From contig OZ234493.1 in the NCBI GenBank assembly GCA_965153455.1, positions 7,430,213-7,494,212 on the forward strand: a stretch of 64,000 bases of DNA, read 5' to 3'. Below are positions 25,351 to 37,880 of this stretch, one piece after another. Position 1 is the stretch's first letter. Every line of letters begins with the position of its first letter. The notes below the pieces were generated by a model. That model saw only the letters and a list, made by a program, of their open reading frames with translations, was not told where the DNA came from and did not search any database. A program made the position numbers and the translations under genes. The stretch comes from Sphagnum compactum. Its lineage: Eukaryota.

Positions 25351-27078
25351 CTCCTACAAATGCACTTTAAGTTGGTGTGTATTTGTAGTAAAATGTGTAA
25401 CCTTTGAGCCCCCATTTTCAATCACATCAATTACTTGCAAATTGTTGATGGTGCTACTATTCACACAACTTGCAAATCCAATTATGAAAAAATTGAAGTT
25501 AGTTTGAGCATTTTTTAGGTTTTGTTAATTTAAAGATGCCATGGGAACAATCAACAAGCATGTTGTGATCATAGAGGTAGTGCTTCCAATTAGAATAATC
25601 AAACAAACATGCAATGATAGATCATGCATTATTTTTAAGAACAATCGAACAAGAACACAATGGTAGTTTAAGTAATGCCTTTAAAAAAAATCAAACAAGC
25701 ATGTTAGGAACTGTTAAACAAGTATGTGATGATAGAAGTGAACTTCTAAGAACAAATGATCAAACAACGACAAATACAAACAAACAAAAATTCAAAAAAA
25801 AAAAGCTGACATTTTTCATGGTCTTGAAGAATTCATAGATAGAATAACAAGCTAAAAGTTTTCTTGATTGACATTCCTTTGCTTTCATGAACATAACACC
25901 TAAAATTTGAAATTTTCACCTTTATAAAATAAAATAAAATACATGACCCAACAAAAATATACACATAAAATATCCAACATTGATTTAAATACATGCCATA
26001 CATTCGTAAATAATCAATAGACTTATTGAGGTTCCATTGAATTGCTTTTCAACAAATTAATAAGAAACCTTTTTTGGCTATAGGTAAGGGAAACAAATGA
26101 CTTGAATAATTAACACTAAAGAGAAAAAACGAAAAAAATCTACTTATGCATGGATGCAACCTTTTTTATACTAGTGAAATTGCGTAAGAAAGTGAATTAA
26201 AAATGAAAATTAAAAATTGAAATAATTTAAAAAATATTTAATGCCAAAATTGAAAAGAAAATCCAGTACATAAGTAGGTACCCATAAATAGAAGGATGGT
26301 AAAATTTTTAAACATTCATTTTTGGCTATAGTCAAATTTGGCAAAACTTTCCTAGGTCGATCATCACTTTGACTACATCACAAAATTGCCCCCCAAAAAA
26401 AAAACATTGATGAGATGGTTTTCAAAATTGCAACTAGTAAATTTGAGAAGAGCCCTAAAAGCATATGCCAACCCCACACAAGGAAGCCAAATGTGAAAGA
26501 AAGAGCACATGCGGAGCTAAAATTCATAAGGTTGAATTATAAATGGAATCTATTGGGGGTGGGGGGGAGGAACCCATGTTCACAAAATGAGTTGATAGAT
26601 GAAAGAGTAAAGAAGAAAAGTAGCTTTGGAGGCATACATACATTGTTGACAAATTGTCAAGCCCACATGGGAATCAAGAAGAGTATGTGCTAACAAAAAT
26701 GTATGTTATAACATTGTATTGAAACCTATTGGGCTATTTATGTTTGTGGCCCCATTCATAAGACAAAAAGGACTAGAAAAGGGAAGAACCCATGATGAAG
26801 AAATGTCATGGGCATGATAAAAGCTACCCCCAAATAGTCAAGCCACATGTGAAACAAGTGAATACCTATGTGCAAAACAAAGGAAATAAGTGCTCTCTCC
26901 TCATGCTTATTTGAAAGGTTTTAAAGTTGCAGCATTGGAGCACAATTAATCCATTGATTCCTAGGGAAAGGTGACCTATTCAGTTTTTTCTTTTGGTGCA
27001 ATATAGCCCCAAAATGTGAAAGCATAAAATAAAAAGGGAATTTTATTTTCTCACAACATTATTTTCCTTCCAATTTTC

Positions 27079-27220
27079 TTGTGAATAATGTTGTGATTTT
27101 TTTTTCCCTTTCAAAACCTGGTTTTTTGGAATTTATTTGAATTTTCAAATTTTTTGTGAATAATGTTGTGATATTTTTTCCTTTCAAAACTTGGTTTTTT
27201 GGAATTTATTTGAATTTTCA
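27079..27220. repeat. Tandem duplication, about 73 bp x2
   Basis: ttgtgaataatgttgtgat...cctttcaaaac[c/t]tggttttttggaatttatttgaattttca occurs twice. Confidence 0.9.
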
Positions 27221-27526
27221 GCGTCAGAAATCACTTAAAAAATCAAACGGTCTCCCACATTCGGAATCCAAATCTTAAATTCCATTAAAAAATCCTGCTC
27301 ATCTAGATCTTTCCCACAACACCAAAGGCACATTCCAATTCCTCCCAAATTTTCAGCTACGATTTAATTTAATTTAATTTTCAGTGAAGAAATCATTCAA
27401 TATTCAAGAACTTCTCTACATGGCAAAGTCCAAACACCATGAAACTAAGCCCATCTTCATATTAAAGTATTCACATTCAGATAACATGAGCTAATCATCA
27501 AATCCCAAGTTCCCCGGAGGAATTCG

Positions 27527-27800
27527 TCTCTTGGGTTTGTACATAAATCGTTGATATCTTTATGGCATTCATCTCTTGAGTTTGTACATAACTTGTTGAT
27601 ATCTATCTTTATGGCATTCATCTCTTGAGTTTGTTTGTATATAACTCGTTCATATCTTTATGGAATTCATCTCTTGAGTTTGTATATAACTCGTTCATAT
27701 CTTTATGGCATTCATCTCTTGAGTTTGTATATAAACTTTTTCATATCTTTATGGAATTCATCTCTTGAGTTCCATAAAGATGAATTCCATAAAGATATGA
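27527..27800. repeat. Minisatellite, about 6 copies of a roughly 43-50 bp unit, capped by an inverted partial copy
   Basis: Unit atatctttatgg[c/a]attcatctcttgagtttgta[c/t]ataactcgtt; the terminal gatgaattccataaagatatg is the reverse complement of catatctttatggaattcatc. Confidence 0.92.
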
Positions 27801-29636
27801 TATTAGTTTCATATTAATTAGTTGGGGGTGCCTCACAAGTCCAACTTTTATTTTTTTGGCAATGAGCCAATTTAATTGGTCCATCACAAAAAATAAAAAG
27901 TTGAAACTATGAAGGCTCCCCCAAAATAGAAGATTCTAAGGGAAAGATGGAATGCCTCCCCCTTCGGCCCACCTATATATAGGTGAGAAGGGGGAGGACT
28001 TTGGGCAAAACATATGGGATTAAAGCAAGGGTGCTATTGGGAACACCCTAGGGGAACACATTGGGAACATAAGGAACATATTGAGAACCTGATGGGAACC
28101 CATTGAGAACTTGAAGGGGAACATGCTAGGAACAAAGGAAAAATGGAAATAACCCCATTATAAACTGGGGGTACATATTTATTTAAGGAATGCAATCAAT
28201 CCCAAGGAGCAAGCAACCAAGAGCTCACAATCATCAATGGAAAAAAATTGCCTTCATTATGATGCACATAATTTTTGGAGTACAATTGTCTTATGTTTAC
28301 CTTTTCATCCATAATCATAAAATCTGGATGAAACCCTAGTTGCATGGATGAAAAAAAATCTGCTACACGGGCAGTTCTGGAGGTGACCAAGTGGCAATGT
28401 GGGGAGGTGGTCATGCTCATTCATTAATTTCATAGAGTTTTTTTCACTTATACATTTTCCAATGTTTTTAAAAAAATCATACATACTCCAACCATATACG
28501 TATGATATTGTTCCTTTTTTTTTCCCCAAATAAACCTTTTTTTTTTTTTTTGGGGTCTCCCCCACCCCCATTTTTAAAGGTCTAAAAAAGGTCATATCCC
28601 ATATTTTGTAACCTAAAACTTACCCTTTGGCAAAAAATATCAATGAACGTACCCTTGACGGGTGGTTAGGTTAGATTAAAAAAAAGTCATAGAAACAACG
28701 GTTTCAAGTTTCAACCCTTGATGGGTGGTTCTAAAAAATCATAAGACTCACTTTTGACCCTTAACCAAGGGTTTAAAAATTGGAAGACCCGGGTCAAAGA
28801 AGCTACCCTAAATTGCGGGTTCTTTGTTGGTCTTGCCTACCAAGGCAAGGATAGTGTGTTTTTAGGGTTTAGGGTTTAGAGTATAGTAGCTTACAAGAGT
28901 GTGCAACTGAACATGCCATCATCAACAAGGAAAAGTGCACATAAATTCTCTCAAAATCAATCAAATTGAGGAAAGTCTTGGTGTCATCATCATCTTTGTG
29001 TGGCACCTTCACAAAAAACCTCTCACAAAACCATAGCCAGACCGAATTCAGGGAAAGTCTTGGATCCTGAACCCAATTTGGGTTTTAGAGCTTTTTGGGT
29101 TGAGGATTGCAGCATCATCCTATCTCTCATATTGCCGATCATACGATTACAAAGGACTTTCATTACGTACCAATTTAGCTTCACAAATTACACTCTATCC
29201 ACACCAGCTAAAACCCATTTTGAAAACTAAGAATTGGAGCTGACCATGACAGACTTGAAATCCATGAAATTGTATGTGCTACAAAAACATGTGATCTTGC
29301 AATGGTTTTGAGTGGTTTTACAAATATGTAGGTTTAGGGTTTAGGGTTTAAGGTTTAGAAACTTCTTCACAAAAAAAATTCTGTTTATGGGTACGGAAAT
29401 TGCTTGCAAAGAATCCATATTCAACAAAAAATTGTAGTACTTGTTGAACTCACACCAAATTATCAATCCCTCTGCACACTTTTTTTCAGCTTGCTTGATT
29501 GATCATCATGTTCTAATTCCAACTTTTAGAGCAAAATTTGTGTCAAGTTCCAAAGGCCTCTAGAGTCACAAAACTGCTGTCTAGAACTCTGCTTTGGTGA
29601 CAGTTTGTGGTATTGCTGCAATCAGCCCCTTTCTAC

Positions 29637-29737
29637 TCAATGCCAAAACAATAAACCCTAAACCCAGTCAATGCCCAAAAAAATTAAACCCTAAACCCTA
29701 AACCCAGTCAATGCCAAAACATTAAACCCTAAACCCA
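29637..29737 (+). repeat. Three tandem units of tcaatgcc(a)n fused to telomere-type taaaccc repeats
   Basis: tcaatgccaaaacaataaaccctaaacccag occurs three times with variation. Confidence 0.85.
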
Positions 29738-32700
29738 AGGCCCAATTATTCCCTTTTTTTTTTCTTTTTTTTTTCCCTTTTTTTTGTTTCTTTTTTTGTA
29801 GTGGTGGGATGTATTATTGTTGTGCGATATTTGATTTTTAAATAATTGTTGTGTTGTATTGAGAGAGATTTCTACCTTCATACTACCAACACATTTGTGT
29901 TGGAAATTTATTATCAGTTTTGAATTGTTAAAAAAATTCTCATTTTGTTGGAATTGAGTTGTTGGACCCCATTTTCTTTCAAGGATTAAATTATTATTTA
30001 GAACAAAAAGTGTTGATTACCGGTAGTTGGGATTATGGTATCTTTAAATCTTTTATCGACTTGGGTAGATAGGTTGGTGATCGAACTCTTTAACTTGTTA
30101 AGTTGCTAGAGGAAAAAGGGTGTGCTCGTCATTGCTTGTTTGGTCCTTGTGTCAAAAAGACAAACTATGCCCTCATCTACGACCATTTAGATCACTAAAT
30201 TTTGGTTTGGAAACCAAAAAGAAATGGGTCCTCAAAATAAGGGGGCTCATTTAGCTAGAAATAAATCCTAACCAAACATTCCCTTTGCTAATTAACAAAC
30301 ACTTTACATCCTATAAATGAACTTAATGCATTTTACAAATGAATAACATTTTATCCTTTATCAAAATTAGATGAAAGTGAAAGCAACCTCACTTTTTAAT
30401 GTAACAATAATTCATCATACACTAACGGCCTAGATATGTCGAAAGAAAAAGGGCTCACCAATCTACGGTGATAGAGGCATTATAAATATCAACCTAAAAT
30501 CCTAAACACCAATTGATGCTACTACCATGCGGGTTTTGGGTTTTGGTATGGTGTTTTTGCCTTCACATTCAACAATAATTATCCTCTTCTTTTCCTTATT
30601 TTTGTGCTCTTGGTTTGTTATGCAAGTATTATATGTGTTCCTTGTAGGCGATGGTGTTCAGTTGTCATTGTTCATTATTGTGTTCTTTCACCTCCTTCCC
30701 TTCTAACCCTTTTATTAATGAACAACAATTTTTCACACATGTTTGTGTTCTTGGTACATGTGGTACATGTTCATGTGCTCTTTTACTTGTTGTTGGTTCT
30801 AGGGATAGGGTCATGACTCAATGTCGGCTACAAGATTGGGTGGTCTTTGTTGTCAAAAGTTTTTGATTTTGATCCTCGTTGTTGTCTTCTTTTGCCTTTT
30901 CGCTTTGAGGGTTCACGATTATGGTCATCATTTTCGCTCACCTCCATCCTCTTTTGGTGTTGGGTAATTATAAACTACATTAAATGAAATAGATTGTCAT
31001 TATGGTAGATTTCTAATCATTACTGCGTAAAATAATTAAGTTATACGTCACAAAAAAAGATTCACACGAATGATCAACCACTAAGTTAAGTTTTTAGGTC
31101 ATAGAAATAAAAGAAAAATGATAAAGAGTGAAGGTAGCATGTTTTGATTAGCTATTGTTTTTGGTGTATGACAAATTGATCACATGATGTGGTTAGTGGG
31201 GATGGATTAACTAAAGCTTGTTGCTTAAGGTTGGAAATTTGAAAAGTAAGAGACCTATAAAAAATCTAGTTTTTTATGTTCATCATGTTTAATAAAATTG
31301 CAACATATTTAAATAAAAAGTTAGAACTTTCTTCCATACGTTTATGGGTTTTTTTTTGTTGTGTGTTATATGTTTGAAATATCTGGTAGATTAAATCAAC
31401 CTTCACATTTTGGTTAACTTAATATAAATACGTCATGTTTTGTAACATAGTGTTAGTATCAAGCTTTGGGGTGAGATTCATTACTTAACCTTGTGGGGTT
31501 TTGGTGTGTTCTAGTGTGCAATTCACTTGCGTTGCTTTTAAAATCAAAAGAAGGCATAGGCCTAGACATTAAATTTTGTGTATTGTGCTAAAATTCATAT
31601 AACCATCAAAATTTCCGCAATTTGTCAAATTGCACATGTATTGACTAATATATAGGAAGGTAGTCTCATTGAGGTTTTGAAAAAAATATGGAGACAACAC
31701 TTTTCAATTCAAACTTGACTTTTCATTGTAAAAGCATGGTTTGAATTTTAAAGAATTTTTAAGAAATTTCCATTTCAAAAAACCAAAAAGTTATTTTTTG
31801 GCTCTAAACAAGCAAGCCCATCTCCGACACCACAAATTTTTTTTAATTTTTAATCCTACCCAACCACTTCAGAATAAGATCCTGTCAATATTCTGAATTG
31901 ACGCCCAGTTTCATGAAACTATACCCAATTTTGCTCATTTTTATGGGAACACTCAAATTAGGGATGAAACGTGGATGGATTAGAGGGTCAATCTAGGGCC
32001 CGATTGCAGGGTGACTTTTAAAAGTGGAAATAAGGGGTAGTTAATTAAATATCTCAAATTAAAGTTTGAGATATTGTTAATTTAACTCATTATATACCAT
32101 ACTTCTCGATCGGATTTGGCACCAAACTCCTGAATAATTAGTTAAATTTTAAGTCTTCATTTTGGCACTTGGTTTTTTTAAATTCTTAAGTTTTTTTGAA
32201 CAAGTGAAAAAATAAAAAGTTCAAAAAAATAATGACGACAAACCAAAAAAATAATTTAATTTATGCCAAAACCGTTCATAATGCAATTCCACCAAACTCC
32301 CTTCCAACACACTTTTAATGAGCATTCATTCGATCGTTTATAGTTTGTACATGACTTAATAACTTGCCTTTTTGCAAAAATATCCAATTTGCAGAAATCA
32401 ATTCTCCAACATTTATTTTTATTTTATCATGTTAGTTGTTGTTGGTAGGGGAGTTGGGATTGACTCACTATATTACAATACTAGGTAACTCCAAGTTTTG
32501 TACCCTACCCTAGTTGGACCCTAGCAGGTTTGACCCAAAATAAATAAATAAATATATTTTTAGACATACTGAAAAAAATTTCCACAAATTTTTTAAAAAA
32601 AAATATTAAATATTTTTTAAAAAATAAAATTTTTAAAAAAATGTCAAAGGAAAAAATAAAAATTACAAAAAAATTGGTGAAGGAAAAGGAAAGCATCCAA

Positions 32701-33479
32701 GGGATAACCCCACATGTGTGTTTTGCCCAGGAGGGTGGGTGGCCCTGTTCAGGTCAGCAAGAGTCAGCTGGGAAGAACCTGACTTGACTCTCTTAAGAAG
32801 GGAAGAAGCTTTGTGTGTTGTTTGTTTGTTTCCATTTGACTCTTGAAATCTTTTGTGAAGTTCTTTCTTTTGACTATCATATATATATATATATAATTTT
32901 ATTATTATTTTTCAATGACTTTTACTGTACAGATCTATTCATATCCTAAAATTGATTATCCACCAAAAATTATGTATTTATTTATTTATTTATTCTTACC
33001 CACCTCAAAATGAAGCATTCTTAATTGTTCAAATGCTCAAAATTCCATCCATTTAGCTTTACACTTGGGCCCACTCTTCTCAAGAATGATATCGTCATCT
33101 ACATGACATATTTTTGGGTGTGAAATTCTTGTGCTGGCTCATTTTGAAAAATGGATATTCATTAAACGAAGACTCGACTTTTGGGTAGTCAGCCCACGAG
33201 TCATATATATATCATCAATTTAGTTCATTATATGTTGGACTCATTGTCATCATTGGATGCATTCTTATTGGGCTCATTAGCTCGACCTTCCTTGCCATTG
33301 GGCCAATCTAAAGAATTGCCCGATTTTTCTAAAGTGTATTTTGGGGACATTCATCTTGGCCAAAGAGATCTAGAAGTTCCTCACTAGGTTGTTAATTGGG
33401 CCTTCAAGATTTTAGAAGTTTTGTCATGCATTATCACATTAGGGCTAATACCTACCTAGCGTTTTTCATCACCAACACT

Positions 33480-35890
33480 TAAAAACAACAACAATTCTCA
33501 TTACCCAATGCATCATATAACCGAAACCAAATATTTCAAACATTACATTGACAACATCACTATCTTTAGCTTGGACTCCAAACGATCACATGCAAGATAT
33601 GCAAGAGGTGTTTGAAAGACTTAAGGAATGCAATTTTAAATTGCATCAAGGTGGAGGCCATCACATGTGTTTGTAGGCCATTGGATGTTAGTTGGTTATG
33701 AGTTTTTTTGGGCTTGTGTAATTATTGTCGAAGATTTATCAAAGGATTTAACAACTTTATTAAACCTTTGACAGTGTTGATGAAAATTGACCAAAAATAC
33801 AAATGGGGTGAGACAAAAATAAAAAGTCATTCAAAAGTTGAAGGCTTGGTTTACTTCAATTTTTATTTTATGTTGATTTTTATACGGAGACAACCCTTCT
33901 AGTTACACATTGATCCAAATACTTTGGGGTTGGGAGCTATGTTCACACAATTAAATTATTATACTTAAAAATTCATCATGGCATATGCTAGTCAATCAAA
34001 CAACAAGATAAGTCAAATACAAATTTTATGAAGGGGAATGCCTCGTTGCTGTTTAAGCAATTTCATCATTTTGATGTTATATTTATGGTACCCCATTTAT
34101 TTTTATTATGGATTAGTAACTTCAAGAACCTTGATGGAATCATATTAGTTCATAGGAAAATTGACTAATTGGGCATTTATTTTATAAGGGTATGATTTTA
34201 TGCATATGGATGGGAAAGTTAATTAAAATGCTAATGGTTTTAATCAAAACCAAGTTCTAATGAGGATGACACCATTGGGGCTTGTTGGCATGGAAATATT
34301 AATTTAGAGGCTATACTAGGGTGGCACACTTCAACATATTTGTGTACCTTGTTGGGATGTTCTAGGGATGTATTGCAAATCAACATAGGTAATAGGGATT
34401 CCCATGATATGGATGTGGAGCCAAAGGGTGATGCTACCCTAAATATACATGAAGATGTATTTATTATTGCATATTTGCAAATGGGTGAAGTTCCTATGGG
34501 ATTGAACCTTAGCAATGTGACCATGTTTTACATGTGCCCAAATAGTTTAAGTGGGAGAATAATTTTCTTTTATAAATGTGGACTAATGGATGAATGCAAA
34601 TTGTGTGTTGCTTTTAAAATAGTGTGAAGGTTTCAAATGACATGAAGAGTTGGCCCATTTTGGGGCCATGCATTTTGGGGTTCGATAAACTTATAGTTTA
34701 TTTTATCCATAGTGGCATGGGATGCAATTACAATTATTTTCATGATTTGTGTGATGTGTGACTAGGTATGGCATCATTCAATGCATAAACCCCACATTTA
34801 TAGCTATTACCCATTATATTGGGTTATTGGTGGAATTTTCATTTTGTTGACCCACTAAGGTTGATCATTCAACATAACCATTATATGTTGGTTATGATTG
34901 AGCATTTTTGCAAGTGGTTAAAATTGGTGCCATTGTTGCATTATAGTAGTAGGGGAGTTATGTATGCATTCTTTAATAGAATGTTTAGCAGGTTTGGCAC
35001 TTTAGTTGAAATACTCACTAATCAAGATATGGAATTTTGCATGGAATTTTATGAATTATGTTGAAAAAATGTTTATTGATAATCAAACTGCTTGATGAGA
35101 CCATCTTAAAGCAAACGGGTTAGTTGAAAGAAATGGTTCAAAAGGTGAAGCATGGATTGTGCAAATATGGCATGTTATAAGTGGGTCATCCATAAGATTG
35201 AGACTTGTAATTGTTATGGTTATAAGCCATGGGATATTGGTTTAGTCAACAAACCTCACTTATGTCCTTTTCACTATATTTCATTTTGTTTGATTATGAT
35301 TTTAAACTTACAACTTCAATTTGTTGAGGTGTGGTAGTAGTATTTAACTTGGATGATCAAGACATTTGGTTTTACGCATATGAACAATGATTGTTTTGAG
35401 AGGTGATGTTGATGACCATGGCTTGGATTTGGCCATTCCCCATCATTGGGATATTCTATTGTATATGCCACAATATGAAAAACCGGTTATTGACCTTGAG
35501 TACATACATTCAAGTTACAAAATTATGTTTATTTATAGTAGAGAACACCCACTACTTTGAATGTGACTATAGGATGTATCATTTTATTGTTTAAAAAGGT
35601 TTTACTTTTTAATGTATTATTATCAGAATATCAGAAGGATAAGATAAGATGGGTTGATATGGAAGGACCACATGCATAAACATGCACCATGTTATCTTTC
35701 TAATATGAATGGCCGTATTGTTCCATCCTTGGTAGTTGTTCATGCTGGCCTTAGGTGTCTGTTGTGCAAACAAGTAACCATTTTGCTAATTTGCGACCAA
35801 TGTTCGACAGGATGGCATTTGGGACATTTACAACATTGTTGGAAAAGGTACTAGTTGGGAAATCATTTTGCCTTCAATGTGTTAAATGAC
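33480..35890 (+). mobile_element. Degenerate Ty3/gypsy LTR-retrotransposon pol remnant (RT, RNase H, integrase) ending in a PHD finger
   Basis: Frameshifted fragments in gypsy order: YIDNITIFS and QEVFERLKECNFKLH (RT), FLGLCNYCRRFIKGF (RT thumb), LHIDPN..GLGAMFTQL and MAYASQSNN (RNase H), YMLVMIEHFCKWLKLVPL, RFGTLVEILTNQDMEF and HLKANGLVE (integrase), then CLLCKQ..LLICDQCSTGWH...FCLQC. No LTR pair identified. Confidence 0.88.
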
Positions 35891-37584
35891 CTTTAGTGAA
35901 GTCTTATAATTAGATGATAGGACTTTTCTTTATTTTTTCTTTCTTTCCTAATAAATCACATTTGGTTGAAGAATTTGAAAAGGTTGCAATTAGGTGTAAT
36001 AGAAATTTTGAAAAAATAAAAAGCCCTCTATGTGACAAGTTTGGATTGGAGTTGAACCTATCCTTTGTTCAAAATTTTTGAAAAAAAATGAAGAAAAGGG
36101 GAGGTCCATATTGGACCCCCTTTTTTTCATTTTCTTGAACTTGCCTTGAAACTGCAACACCTTCAAAATGCAAACCCTCCTTCAAAACCCACCCTATTTG
36201 GGTTCAATTCCCAAAAGAGTTTTCCAAAAAAAACCTTGGCAAAAAATGGCAAAATCATTTGCTAACCAAGACCAAGATTGATCTTTCGATTGCAACTCTT
36301 ACCAACTACAACACTAGAACAAACACAAGTAACAAACAAAAAACTTTGCAAAAATCCCCAACAAAGCCACACAACAACTCTAATGCAAAACACAATTAAA
36401 CTTGGTGCTCAAAGAAAAATTAAATCTAGTTGTATAGCACAACACAACTAGATCACTCTTTTTGTGATTAAAGACAAAAGCTCACTTGTAAACATGAAAC
36501 AAAACATAGGAATTCAAGCTCCAAAAACACACAAAAAGCGCGCAAAACTTTCACCAAAAAAAGTTTCAAAATGCAAAACTGCATAAACACCGTTAGAAAT
36601 TTTCAAAACACACCAGAATGATTGAAGTTTTAAATCACCAAAAGTGAATTGACACCACAACTTCTGGGCTTTATACCAAAAGAATTGCAAAATATTCTAA
36701 ACTTGTTCACATTAAAACTAGTTCATAGCTAATTTGGTCACTAATTGATTTAACCTAATTAAAACAGTTTAACCCTAATTAACTATATGACTAACTAGAA
36801 TCTCCTAACAATTCCTTTTTACAAGGAAGATGAAAAAAATGGGGTGTTTCTTGATGCATGTGAAGAAGGGCTAAGCTTTAGACCCTTCTAGATATTCAGT
36901 TCATTCTGCATGACCTACTGGCCACTTGATGGGAAGGGTCCAAGGCTAAACCTATACAAAATCATTTAATTAGGGCTATGGTCTGAAGTTGCCCCAAGAA
37001 GTTTCCATATGTGGGTTAAGTTGGGCCTGAGAGCATTTGAGCTCTGGCCATGGTGTAATGGTGCAAAGCAGGTCTAAGCAAATTATGGACTCTTCTAGCT
37101 AGCTAGATGAATGCAGACATATTTTCAAAGTATAAGACAAGAAATTAACATTGTGAGTTGTAAGTGTGTGACAAGAGGTGAATGGTGAGCTGCTGGTGAC
37201 TGCTGTTGCTATAGAGAGGAAGCTGAATTGGAGACTCAAACCCTACTTAGGTAGGGTCAATTCCCATGTGGATTACTCAATGACTATTCTTTTGTAAATA
37301 GTGGTGAAGTGGTGGTTTTTATAAGTTTGGTATTGCCTACTTAGCTAATATTATTTTCTGTAGGTTCCTTGATGTTTGAGGCTTGATGATAGGGACCATA
37401 TTTGAGGATAGCACCCACACTGGTACCATGGTAAAACAAAACAAACCCTGAATTTCTTAGGTTGCTTCTAACCATGGTCAATATCCCATCCCAAGACTAA
37501 AATCAAGAGTTTTCGTCTCTGAGTAGTCCAAATTCAACATCTCCTAGACTAGAATGAATATGGTCATTAAACAGCCTGACTCAA

Positions 37585-37880
37585 GAAGGTGAAACCGGGA
37601 CTGCAATAATAGGTGAGAACTACTAATAGCAAACCAACCATCTGGACCAATCATTACGATTGGCTAATCAAAAACAGGGATGACCAGTCAGATCATATTT
37701 ATTACACTCTTCTTCTGTAGCATGTGCAGAGTTCCACTGCTCTTCTTGTTACTAGCCTCAGCGAATTGACCACATATGGAGGAGAAAAACAATTTTCCTG
37801 ACCCAACCCGGCATATGTCAACTCTTCCTCATCCGATTTTAATGTGCAGGGTCATATATTGAGCACTGATGGGATGCTCT
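37585..37880 (+). repeat. Dispersed repeat family C; homologue at about 54470-54720
   Basis: Shared blocks ggact[g/a]caa...tactaata[g/a]caaacca...accaatca and catcc[g/a]attttaatgtgca.g.tca.at.ttgag. Confidence 0.65.

Noticed and set aside
27527-27800. CRISPR-like periodic repeats
   Set aside because: The units are contiguous with no unique spacers, there are no cas genes, and the context is eukaryotic.
32400-36800. LTR pair flanking the gypsy remnant
   Set aside because: No direct repeat with TG...CA ends, PBS or TSD could be identified by eye.
37044-37080. ccatggtgtaatggt resembling a tRNA 5' end / A-box
   Set aside because: No anticodon arm, GTTCRA T-loop or acceptor stem follows.
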